Shown piece by piece: positions 1-9,689 of a DNA stretch of 15,914 bases. The stretch is taken from positions 1-15,914 of the forward strand of contig NW_021825294.1 of NCBI RefSeq assembly GCF_006345805.1, read 5' to 3'. A program made the position numbers and the translations under genes. Position 1 is the stretch's first letter; the number at the start of each line of letters is the position of its first letter. This DNA comes from Octopus sinensis (taxonomy: Eukaryota). The notes under the pieces are model-generated. The model was not told the origin of the DNA and did not search any database. It saw only the letters and a program-made list of their open reading frames with translations.

Positions 1-218
1 TAGAAAGTCAATTCAGCACTGAATGACCTCACTCGAAAACAACGGTTTCTTTTACGGAAGAACAAATACAGTCGAAATGTAAATAGGCACGTCGTAACTT
101 ATCAACTTTGCGCTGTTGTTTTTATTGCCTGAATGTTGACACGGAGTACATAGAGATATATAAATACACCGGTATAAGGAGAGCATACCATCTCAGAAAA
201 ACAAGCAAACAAAATAAA

Positions 219-503
219 CTGGTACTCCGTCGGTTACGACGATGAGTCTTCCGGTTGATCGGATCAACGGAGCAGCCTGAGCGCTCCACAGTAACGGGTG
301 TGCATAACGTAGTTCTCATGGAGATACAGGAAGGCAGAAAATGTGACATGGTGGGACCTTTGATGTACAGGTTGTACTCATTTTTGCCATCTGAACGGAC
401 TGGAACAACATGAAATAGAGAATCTTGTTCAAGGACGCAACGCGTCGCTGAGAATCGAACTTACGATCAGGAGCTGAGTACTCTAACCATTGAGCTACGC
501 TCG
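219..503 (-). mobile_element. tRNA-derived SINE (family D), diverged copy
   Basis: The minus strand has a Pol III A box TAGCTCAATGG (497-487) and B box GTTCGATTC (460-452), followed by a CCTTGAACAAG..TATTTCA segment like the post-tRNA CCTTG(A/G)GCAAG motif of many SINEs. The 3' boundary is approximate. Confidence 0.75.
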
Positions 504-528
504 TAGTCAGGCCTACGAATACGTACAT

Positions 529-831
529 CACGTGATCACATGACCGACCAGTCTATCAGATGTAGTTACACATCGCTGGTCACAATGCGTTCGCATTGTT
601 TTAGCCTTCGAACGACGCCACCCCGCTGGCTAAGCGAGCAGGCCAACAGAAGAAAGATTGGGAGAAAGAGTGCTGAAAGAGTACAGCAGGGATCACCACC
701 CCCTGCCGGAGCCTCGTGGAGCTTTAAGGTGTTTTCGCTCAATAAACACTCACAACGCCCAGTCTGGGAATCGAAACTGCGATCCTACGACCGCGAGTCC
801 GCTGCCCTAACCACTGGGCCGTTGCGCCTCC
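529..831 (-). mobile_element. Full-length tRNA-derived SINE (family C) with 14-bp TSD
   Basis: Minus-strand head GGAGGCGCAACGGCCCAGTGGTTAGGGCAGCGGACTCGCGGTCG..GTTTCGATTCC (A box 821-811, B box 777-767). Perfect direct repeat ACGAATACGTACAT at 515-528 and 832-845. The 3' half recurs at 3037-3149. Confidence 0.9.
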
Positions 832-904
832 ACGAATACGTACATAGAGATATGTAAATAAATGAGCGTTTAGAGCAGTGTACTGAGCAATGTGTGCTCT
901 CACA

Positions 905-1125
905 TATCTATACACACATGCACACAAACGCGCGCGCGCGCACACACACAAAAGGAGATAACAAAGCAACTGACATATAGATATCGGCAAATATATTATG
1001 CTGTATCGATATATTCACATGCATATGTATTCATTATATATATATATATATATACATATATACAGACACGCACACACAAAAGGGCGCGCACGCGCACACA
1101 CACATATACACACACACATATATAT
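905..1125. repeat. Compound (CA)/(CG)/(TA) dinucleotide microsatellites
   Basis: Directly visible, including a (CG)n run at about 929-941. Confidence 0.9.
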
Positions 1126-1230
1126 AGTTGAAATTTACAGAAAAATAAAAGACGAAGACAGGTGTATAAACAAGCAGGTGTGTTATTTTGACACTCGGGA
1201 ATGTAAGAAAGTCTTTTACGTTTCGAGCCT
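1126..1230 (-). mobile_element. Truncated Penelope-type short repeat related to 15256-15453 (3' half of hammerhead motif only)
   Basis: Starts TATAGTT inside (TA)n like the 15256 element. Shares GAC(A/G)CTC(G/A)GGAA and TTT.ACGTTTCGAGC blocks. The minus strand reads GCUC-GAAA-CG-UA-AAAG (1228-1213). Confidence 0.55.
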
Positions 1231-1246
1231 AATTTATGTTATGTTA

Positions 1247-1341
1247 TGTATGTATGTAATGTATGTATGGGTATATATATATATATAATATACATATATA
1301 TATATAATATATATACACACATACATACATACATGCATATA

Positions 1342-1374
<33 letters not shown>

Positions 1375-1408
1375 TAATAATATATATATATATAAATATA
1401 TAACATAT

Positions 1409-1440
<32 letters not shown>

Positions 1441-1452
1441 CATAATATATAT
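1247..1452. repeat. Degenerate (TA)n / (TACA)n microsatellite
   Basis: Directly visible. Confidence 0.9.
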
Positions 1453-1471
1453 AATTCCCATGCACACGGCC

Positions 1472-1568
1472 CATAGGTGCAAGCGTGACTGTGTGGTAAG
1501 AAGCTTGGTTGTGGGTTTCAGTACTACTCCGTGGCACTTTAGAGAAGTGTTTTGCATTATAGCTTCGG

Positions 1569-1570
<2 letters not shown>
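1472..1570 (+). mobile_element. SINE family A, diverged 5' head
   Basis: CATAGGTGCAAG..CTGTGTGGTAAGAAGCTTG..TTCAGT..GTGGCAC..AAGTGT..TATAGC aligns with the heads at 4639 and 5236. Confidence 0.75.
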
Positions 1571-1605
<35 letters not shown>

Positions 1606-1994
1606 CATATTCTTTTATCCTTTTACTTGTTTAAGCCATTTGAATGCAGTCATGCTGGAGCACTGCTTTGAAAGATTTTTAGTCGAGCAAATCGACCCTA
1701 GGACTTAAGACCTACTACTTATTCTATCGGTGTCTTTTGTCGAACCGTTAAGTAACGGGGACGTAAACATGCCAATATCGGTGTCTTTGTATCTGTGTCT
1801 GTCCCCTCATCACCGATATTGGCGTGTTTACGTCCCCGTTACTTAACGGTTCGACAAAAGACACCGACATAATAAGTAGAAGGCCTTAAAATAAGTCCTA
1901 GGGTCGATTTGCTCGATTAAAAATCTTTCAAGGCAGTGCTCCAGCATGACAGCATTCAAATGGCTAAAACAAGTAAAAGTATAAAAGAATGTAC

Positions 1995-2028
<34 letters not shown>
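1571..2028. repeat. Long inverted repeat (arms ~1571-1783 and ~1811-2028, 27-nt spacer) built from the SINE A 3' half plus its flank
   Basis: The reverse complement of 1610-1783 matches 1811-1990 with about 10 substitutions and one 5-nt indel. The match continues into (AC)n versus (GT)n. Confidence 0.95.
1784..1990 (+). mobile_element. SINE family A, 3' half
   Basis: TGTTTACGTCCCCGT..CGGTTCG.CAAAA..AATAAGTCCT.GGGTCGATTTGCTCGA..GCTCCAGCATG..AAACAAGTAAAAG aligns with 5485-5699. Confidence 0.9.
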
Positions 2029-2037
<9 letters not shown>

Positions 2038-2240
2038 TATGTGGTACGGGTGTGCGTGTGTATATATATATATATTGGCATTGATATATATAGTGTATTG
2101 GCATTGATGCGGCAACATTTGAAATGTTGTCGAGGTATATGTTGGCTGATGAAGATAAATCAAGTATATGTGTGCAGACATATCTTGAAAAATCTGAAAC
2201 CGGTACAACATTATCCCTTTCTAGATATTTCATCTTTCAG

Positions 2241-2255
2241 ATGTTCTCCCTGGAG
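2241..2255 (+). other. Candidate 15-nt micro-exon (ATGTTCTCCCTGGAG)
   Basis: Preceded by the pyrimidine-rich acceptor TTTCATCTTTCAG (2228-2240) and followed by the donor GAG|GTAAGA. Length is divisible by 3 and all three phases are stop-free. Lies in non-repetitive sequence. No transcript evidence. Confidence 0.35.
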
Positions 2256-2409
2256 GTAAGACAATTTTTTTCAATTTTGTTGCACATACACATTTTTGCT
2301 AGTACATACGCGGTGAAGCTATACATTAGCGTCGTATTTATTACGTTCGCTATATTCCAGTAAATATCGGTACGTCGTTGTACATATATTTACTTCTATG
2401 TATATATAT

Positions 2410-2455
<46 letters not shown>

Positions 2456-2727
2456 GCATGTGTGTGTGTGTTTATGTTTTTGTCTGTATTTGTCTTCTAC
2501 CACCGCATGGTAATCGGTGGTGAGACACAATGACAAACAAACTTCGTATCATTTCCTACTTTTAAGAACGAAGGAAATGATAGAAATTTTTGTAAGTCAT
2601 TGGAATTTTCTTTGTTTGGTTTTTAATGTAGATGAAACCAGTAAACACACACACACACACATATATAATTAAAAATGCCATTTCTAAAATCTCTCTAAGA
2701 GATCAACGCAGTAGTTATACTAACAAG

Positions 2728-2867
2728 TAATGCTCGTATCCACTTCAACATGGCTATCTGTCCGAACTGACTTTGACTGCGATTTTTTAACCCCAAGAGG
2801 ACATCTTCTCTTGGAGAAGTAAAGTCAGTTCGAACGGGCAGCCATATTGAAGTGGATATGAACAATA
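2728..2867. mobile_element. MITE-like fold-back element with 44-bp terminal inverted repeats
   Basis: 2731-2774 versus the reverse complement of 2821-2864 is 37/44 identical, and all differences are transitions. TA at 2728-2729 and 2866-2867 could be a Tc1/mariner-type TSD. Internal hairpin at 2793-2814. Confidence 0.6.
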
Positions 2868-2960
2868 TATACATACATATACACATATATTTATATATGT
2901 AGGCATTTGTGTGTGCGTGCCTATGCGTGTATGCTTGTGTGTGAGTGTGTGTTATGCCTA

Positions 2961-3001
<41 letters not shown>

Positions 3002-3004
3002 CTA

Positions 3005-3036
<32 letters not shown>
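2961..3036. repeat. Compound (TC)n-(TCTA)n-(TA)n microsatellite
   Basis: Directly visible. Confidence 0.95.
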
Positions 3037-3040
<4 letters not shown>

Positions 3041-3149
3041 CTGCTCGCTTAGCCAGCGGGGTGGCGTCATTCGAAAACAATGCGAACGCATTGTGACCAG
3101 CGATGTGTAACAACATCTGATGGCCTGGTCGGTCACATGATCACGTGAT
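3037..3149 (+). mobile_element. SINE family C, 5'-truncated copy inside (TA)n
   Basis: TGGCCTGCTCGCTTAGCCAGCGGGGTGGCGTC..GATCACGTGAT is nearly identical to the reverse complement of about 527-646. (TA)n on both sides. Confidence 0.9.
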
Positions 3150-3556
3150 ATATATATATATATATATATTATGTATGCATACACACACATTGCATATATG
3201 TGAATCATGACGGCACCGAAGTGAAATTTTTGGTCGGTGCTTTCATGACAGAAAATTTGCTTTGGAAACGTTTTTGGGCTAGGGAACGAGAAAACAGATA
3301 CAAACTCATCCATTGCAGAGTCAAAATCGTTCAAGCGGAGGTAACTCAGTTGATCTCAGAATTAATTGTTCTTTTCGTTTCATGTTTTCTACCCTCCCAC
3401 CCACCCTCAAACTGACCAAAATTGTATTTTTACCTCTATTAAAGAATCTGATATTTCGAACAAAACTTTGTTTCTGATAAACTCTATTGAGGTAACTCTA
3501 TGTTCCAATTGTCAGGAATTTTTCAAACTGGAAATGCAATTTATTGACACCCTTTG

Positions 3557-3890
3557 CACATACACACGCACACACACACACGCAAGCACACACAAACATA
3601 CACACACATACATACAAACACACACACATACATATAGGCGATGTCGTAGAAAATATTTCGTATAGAGTGGATGAAAGTGATAATGATTATGACGATCACA
3701 ATGATGATGAAATTGATGATGATGATGATGATGATTGTGATGTTGCTACGGCTGCGGCTGTTGGTGATGATGATGATGATGATGATGATGACGACGACAA
3801 CGATGATGAGGATCATGACTATGATGATGAACCGGATGAAAGCGCGTGGTCAAACTACATCATCATCATCATCATCATCATTATCATCAT
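3557..3890. repeat. (CA)n followed by (GAT)n and (CAT)n tracts
   Basis: Directly visible. Confidence 0.9.
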
Positions 3891-3999
3891 ATAAATTTTG
3901 CAGTGACTCAGTTGGTTTAAGTACCTTGAAGTTGAAGTGTGGTACTTTTGTATAAACCATTAACAATTTTCCGTCAACATAAGGGAGGGGGGTAGCTCA

Positions 4000-4075
4000 T
4001 GTGTGTGTGTGTGTGTGTGTGTGTATGTGGTGTTTGCGTTTGTCGTTTGAGTTACTTAGCAGCACTACTCCCACC

Positions 4076-4121
<46 letters not shown>

Positions 4122-4349
4122 TACTACTACTACTACGACGACGACGACGACAACGACGACGACGACCACCACTACCACCACCATCACCACTACTACTAGC
4201 ACGACCATCACCACCACTACTACTACTACTACTACTAACATCAACAACAAGAAAAGAGCAAGAACCACCACTACCATCACCACCACCACCACCACCGCCA
4301 CCATTTTATCATCATTAACAACAGCCTCAACAACAACAACAACAATAAT
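4000..4349. repeat. (GT)n then compound (CAC)/(TAC)/(GAC)/(AAC) trinucleotide array
   Basis: Directly visible. Confidence 0.9.
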
Positions 4350-4536
4350 GATTTCAAATGTTGGCTTAAGTCCAGCAATTTTGATGGAGTGGGCTAAGTC
4401 GATTACATTGACCCTCGTGCTAACCTGGCACTTATTTTATCGACCCCAAAAGGCATAAACGGCCACGGCGGAATTTGAACTCAGATCGCAAAGACGGATG
4501 AAATGCCGCTGAGCATTGTGCTCAGCATGCTAACGA
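4350..4536 (-). mobile_element. SINE family B, diverged copy
   Basis: GGCGGAATTTGAACTCAG (B box on minus strand), TTTTATCGACCCC and AAGTCGATTACAT blocks are shared with 8590-8817 and 9092-9265. Confidence 0.85.
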
Positions 4537-4638
4537 ACCTCGATTTATGAATAAAATTTGTTCTTGAAGGCCGTTCGTCATCTGAAATGTTCGTAAACCG
4601 AAACTATTTTCGTGAAGCTAATTCAAATGAAATCACGG

Positions 4639-4769
4639 CATAGGCGCAGGAAGGCCTGTGTGGTAAGTAGCTTGCTTACCAACCACCTAATTCCCGGTTC
4701 AGTCCCACTCTGTGGCACCCTGGGCAAGTGTCTTCTACTATAGACGGAAACTGAAAGAAGCCCGTCGTA

Positions 4770-4828
<59 letters not shown>

Positions 4829-4864
4829 TGTGTGTGTGTGTGTGTGTGTGTATGTTTATCCCCC
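4639..4864 (+). mobile_element. SINE family A, 5' portion with a 39-nt internal deletion and internal microsatellite
   Basis: Aligns to 5236-5498. The equivalent of 5338-5376 is missing, joined at a TAG microhomology (4741-4743). (TA)n(TG)n follows CCCGTCG as in the full copy. Confidence 0.9.
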
Positions 4865-5235
4865 GCTTAACAAAAAGGAACACAGAAATAAACGGGAAGA
4901 GAAATGAAAAAGGTTTAGTGGCTAGCGATCAATCATAGCGAATGCCGGAGAGAGGTGATCAGGCAGGAGAGCTTGGAAGAAGGGCAGATAATAAAGTAGT
5001 GATGATCTCAAAACGAAGTTGCGCGTGCGTATGTATGTGAGATCGTGTATGTGCGTGAGGATATATACATATAATGTATATGTAATGTATATATATATAT
5101 ATAGACATGTACATACGCACATGTGCACAAGAGGGAAGCACACACACACACACTTGTATGTATACATGTCTTTATGCAAATATATAAACATGCATATATA
5201 TGTATATGCATAATTATATATAAATATATATATAT

Positions 5236-5416
5236 AGACACAGAAGTGGCTGTGTGATAAGTAGCTTGCTTACCAACCACATGGTTCCTGGTTCAGTCCC
5301 ACTGTGTGGCACCTTGGGCAAGTGTCTTCTACTATAGCCTTCGGACGGACCAAAGCCTTGTGAGTGGATTTGGTAGACGGAAACTGAAAGAATCCCGTCG
5401 TATATATGTATATATA

Positions 5417-5473
<57 letters not shown>

Positions 5474-5699
5474 ATGTTTGTGTGTCTATGTTTGTCCCCC
5501 CAACATCGCTTGACAACTGATGCTGGTGTGTTTACGTCCCCGTAACTTAGCGGTTCGGCAAAACAGAGCGATAGAATATGTTCTAGGCTTACGAAGAATA
5601 AGTCCTGGGGTCGATTTGCTCGACTAAAGCCGCTGCTCTAGTATGGCCATAGTCATATGACTGAAACAAGTAAAAGAGTAAAGAGAGAATAAAAGAGTA
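5236..5699 (+). mobile_element. SINE family A, full length, with internal (TA)n(TG)n microsatellite
   Basis: tRNA-like head (TGGCTGTGTGATAAG; B-box-like GGTTCAGTCCC 5290-5300), CORE-like CACCTTGGGCAAGTG segment, microsatellite ~5401-5475, and a 3' body ending in TAAAAGAG-type repeats. Four other fragments are present in the window. Confidence 0.92.
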
Positions 5700-6012
5700 T
5701 ATATATATATATAGACTGATATATATGTATATAAAATGACATAGTACTTGCGTATATGAATTTGTATGTATATACGTATGCATAAACACACATAAATATG
5801 CCTACCAACAAAGATGCATGCGCAATCAAGTACCCTCTTCTATACGCACGCGCGAACACACACGCATACACATAGGCATATTATCTGTGTATGAATGCAT
5901 TTATATAGCTGTATGGTCATACACACACATATATAGATGCATACACGCATACCTATATAATGCATACATTCATATATATATAAATGTTTATATATATAAT
6001 ATATATATGTAT

Positions 6013-6065
<53 letters not shown>

Positions 6066-6290
6066 TATATATGTGTGTGTATGTATACGCATATATGAAG
6101 CAATATTTGGTGTGTTGAGCATGAACTTTATATGTGCTAAGTAGTAAAAATACTTATCGTTTTTTGTCCCTATCAATGTATATTTGAATGTATGTATGTT
6201 ATACTCACACGCATACAAACACACACACATATACACACACATACATACATACATCCACATATCTACCTATATATATATATATTTACACAT
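5700..6290. repeat. Degenerate (TA)/(CA)/(TACA) low-complexity region
   Basis: Directly visible, with a pure (TA)n at about 6016-6062. Confidence 0.85.
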
Positions 6291-6604
6291 GTTGATGAAT
6301 TATCTCATACATATATTCATAGACATATGCTCAAACACGTAAGTGTATGCTGGTATTTCTGCATGTGAGCGAGTGAATACGTATTTGTGTATGTACCGCA
6401 TCGTAGACAAAGAAACAATGATATACATGTATAAAATATTGAGTTTGATGTCCGGTTTGTCTCCCTTGTGTGAGGAGAAGACGTCACACACCATTAATCA
6501 TTAGTTCGTATGCTTATCATATTTCTATTCCCTTTAGTAAAAACTTTGATATGAACAATTGGTGTATGAGAAATATATTCCACTCCTCGCGATCTATTCT
6601 TCCA

Positions 6605-6880
6605 TATATAAATATAAATGCGCAAATATATATGTATATGCACACAAACATACTCTCGTACATTTGTACTAATACATATACATAGTATATATATGTATGT
6701 TTATGTCAGTATATATGTATTGTATTATTATATGTGCATATATATACAGACATTCATATATACGTTCATACATAAATATACATATACATAAATACACACG
6801 TACACACCTTAACAACATTGATATATGTATATATATAAGAACGTATATATATATATATGTATATATGCATACATACATTC

Positions 6881-6912
<32 letters not shown>

Positions 6913-7026
6913 CAATATATATATATAAGTTAATATATATATATAAATACGATATAAATATGAATGTGTATATATATATGTATGTATATACATGTATATA
7001 TATATATATATCTATACATGTATATA
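6605..7026. repeat. Degenerate (TA)n low-complexity region
   Basis: Directly visible. Confidence 0.85.
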
Positions 7027-7259
7027 ATTGTTATATCTTAATTTTTTCGCATATTGCTTTTGTGTATTATTTAGTTATTTTATTACTTTATTTTATCTAT
7101 GTTTCGTGCATTAATCAATGTCCGCCATTAAGCTTGTGGATCTTTAGTCAACAATATAACCCTCCACACACACAAATGGAAAAAAAAACAAAGAAAAACT
7201 CTGTTAGCTCTAAAAAATGATAAACAGTTACCCTCCATTTTGCGACGCCGTATTCTTCC

Positions 7260-7440
7260 CGGCGAGTTGGGAGAATCGTTAGACGTGTTTCTTCCTGCTC
7301 TTTACGTTCTAAGTTCAAATTCTGTCAAAATCAACTTTGTTTTTTAACTCTTTAGTTTCGATAAAATAAATTGCCAGTCATATAACGTGGTCGATGTAAT
7401 CGACTTTGCCTCTTCTTTCAAAACTGCTCGCCTTGAACCT
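7260..7440 (+). mobile_element. SINE family B, old diverged copy
   Basis: GGCGAGTTGGGAGAATCGTTAG..ACGTTCTAAGTTCAAATTC..TCGATAAAATAA..CCAGT..GGTCGATGTAATCGACTT follows the reverse complement of the 8590 and 9092 copies. Confidence 0.8.
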
Positions 7441-7770
7441 TGCAACGAGCCAGGGTGCCGTTGATGGAATCTTTGCGATCTCGATCACGAGTACCCCATG
7501 TAAAGCTGGTAACAAAACCAGCCTGATGAATCCTATGGCTCAAGAAAAATATCTCTATCAAGTTGCTTCGTAATCGCGTGGTTCTGAGCACATTCCCACT
7601 CTGTCGTATTCTTCATGTTTTTGATCTATCAACGTTGGAAGGGAAATTCTACAGAAACTTTTGTAAAAGCCCAACGGCGTATACATGTTCTTGGGCTGCT
7701 AAGCTACAGAGTTCTGCAACATAACAATACCATATATGTCTCGGGGTTCGGCTTCGGGTGGCACTGAGAA

Positions 7771-8067
7771 CATTATAATATTTTGATTCATTGCTTCCTA
7801 TTCAGTTGCACTTTATTTTTTTCCTTCCATGAATCACCAGTGCCAAAAGCTATGCAAACTGTTACGTGGGCTGCTCTAGCAACAGAAAGAAGGGGAAGAC
7901 AGAAATGAGCAGAACGGATATTTGCTGTGTCAATTAGTAAGTTACGGCGATATCAACGTTACTGCAAATATACTGATAGTATCCAATCATTACAGTATTT
8001 TGGTGCATTGCCTCCTATTCAGCTGCACTTTCAATCTTCCTTTCCTCCAAAAATCAGTACCAAAAGC
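7771..8067. repeat. Diverged direct repeat, ~80-bp blocks at 217-bp spacing
   Basis: 7771-7850 CATTATAATATTTTGATTCATTGCTTCCTATTCAGTTGCACTTT..CAGTGCCAAAAGC versus 7988-8067 CATTACAGTATTTTGGTGCATTGCCTCCTATTCAGCTGCACTTT..CAGTACCAAAAGC. Confidence 0.8.
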
Positions 8068-8589
8068 AGCTCCAAAGCCTACAAGTATGCCCTTATAATT
8101 CTGACATGACCGTAAATAAGAAGAGATAGGGAAATTGCGTAAGACGAACAGAATGAATAATTGCGGTCTCTACCAATAAGTCTTGGTAGTCCACTGGTGG
8201 ACTTGACACCGTTGCATTTAAAAAGCACAGTGATAAGCTATTTCCTTACAGAACTAAACCTATTTTTAGTTTCATGATATATACCCATAACACCATTTTG
8301 GAAATCTTGTCGCAAAGCCTCGTTGTTAATATCTTCCGTTATTTCGTCCTGTGTTCTGTCCGTCTTAGCTTTAAGAGTTAAGTTCCCGATTTTTATTCTG
8401 TATAATTGTTGTCGTCATGTCATGACGAGAGAAAAAAATATTAAAAAGACAACAAACTCAGGTGCGCTGATGCTAATATGCAATTTTGTTGAGTAATGCG
8501 CCGAAATCACTTTCAGCCTCAGTCAATGGCTGATGAAAGGCTATGGGTATTGTGTTAGGCCTGTGCCTTGTCTTTTTTGTTTTAGTATT

Positions 8590-8817
8590 TTAATTCTTTA
8601 TTGCCCACAAGGGGCTAAACATAGAGGGGACAAACAAGGACAGACAAACGGATTGAGTCGATTATATCGACCCCAGTAACTGGTACTTATTTAATCGACC
8701 CCGAAAGGATGAAAGGCAAAGTTGACCTCGGCGGAATTTGAACTCAGAACGTAGCGGCAGACGAAATACCGCTAAGAATTTCGCCCGGTGTGCTAACGTT
8801 TCTGCCAGCTCGCCGCC
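8590..8817 (-). mobile_element. Full-length SINE family B (MetaSINE-like core) with 16-bp TSD
   Basis: Minus-strand head GGCGGCGAGCTGGCAGAAACGTTAGC, B box GAGTTCAAATTCC (8745-8733), and core GCCTTTCATCCTTTCGGGGTCGAT..AAGTACCAG, which resembles the Meta domain as I recall it. TSD TTTTTGTTTTAGTATT at 8574-8589 and 8818-8833. Confidence 0.92.
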
Positions 8818-8979
8818 TTTTTGTTTTAGTATTGTTTGTGCATAATATATACGTGTGTGTGTGTGGATTGTTCAACGTCGTGAACACATTGGAGGAAGGA
8901 ATATAACTGTAAGTTATTATTTAAAATAGGCGACTGTCCCAATTTTTGCTTTAACGTCATAAAAGGAACTTATAGAAAA

Positions 8980-9001
8980 ATAATAATGATGGTGGTGATA
9001 A

Positions 9002-9065
<64 letters not shown>

Positions 9066-9085
9066 TGTAGTAACAATAATAGTAA
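8980..9085. repeat. (TAG)n microsatellite with AAT/GAT/GGT flanks
   Basis: Directly visible. Confidence 0.95.
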
Positions 9086-9091
9086 CGTTAA

Positions 9092-9265
9092 GGGGGGTTT
9101 AAGTCGATTACATCGACCCCAGTACACAACTGGTACTTAATTTATCGATCCCGGAAGGATGAAAGGCAAAATCGACCTCGGCGGAATTTGAACTCAGAAC
9201 GTAGCGACGGGCAAAACACCGCGAAACATTTCGTCCAGCGTGCAAACGATTCTGCCAGCTCACCG
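9092..9265 (-). mobile_element. SINE family B, lacking the distal tail
   Basis: Collinear with about 8655-8815. Confidence 0.9.
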
Positions 9266-9269
9266 ATTT

Positions 9270-9330
9270 AACAACAACAACAACGACGACGACGGCGACG
9301 ACGATGACGATGTTGATGATAATGATGATA

Positions 9331-9401
<71 letters not shown>

Positions 9402-9460
9402 AGTGATGATGATGATGATGATGATAATAATAATAATAATGATAAGGATAATGATACTGA

Positions 9461-9504
<44 letters not shown>

Positions 9505-9527
9505 ATAATAATATAAAATAATAATAA
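9270..9527. repeat. Compound (AAC)(GAC)(GAT)(AAT)(ACT) array
   Basis: Directly visible. Confidence 0.95.
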
Positions 9528-9689
9528 TTTCATTTATTGGCCACCGTGGCCGTCATATTGGAGACAGTACAGTAGTGACAATCAAAAGACATTAAAATAT
9601 ACCAACCTACATCATTCAGAATTAGCGTGAAGTATTGTAATATTGTGTTGGATATTTTTCTGGTTGTGAATTTAGCGATATGCTTTGTA

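Noticed and set aside
760-831. tRNA-like sequence (also at 452-503, 5236-5300 and 8733-8817)
   Set aside because: These are SINE heads with no complete cloverleaf, and each continues into a repeat body.
2110-2132. Quasi-palindrome CGGCAACATTT-G-AAATGTTGTCG
   Set aside because: Single short instance with no TE terminus or other supporting context.
2146-2200. CTGATGA..GAAA hammerhead-like spacing
   Set aside because: Stem II is out of register with the boxes and no stem I can form.
3205-3248. Hairpin GGCACCGA..TCGGTGCTTT resembling the 3' hairpin of the SpCas9 tracrRNA
   Set aside because: Only a 7-bp stem matches. The context is eukaryotic with no cas genes, repeats or remaining scaffold, so it is coincidental.
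3440-3558. AATTTATTGACACCCTTTG, reminiscent of a Tc1/mariner terminal repeat
   Set aside because: No partner TIR or transposase motif was found in the window.
3764-3890. (GAT)n followed by complementary (CAT)n, a possible fold-back
   Set aside because: Expected by chance given the microsatellite density, and no unique sequence is inverted.
6445-6494. Minus-strand HKGDKP, similar to the C2H2 linker HTGEKP
   Set aside because: No flanking C-x2-C / H-x3-H spacing.
8140-8367. 13/14 inverted match TAAGACG(A/G)ACAGAA at 8140-8153 and 8354-8367
   Set aside because: It does not extend on either side and has no TSD.
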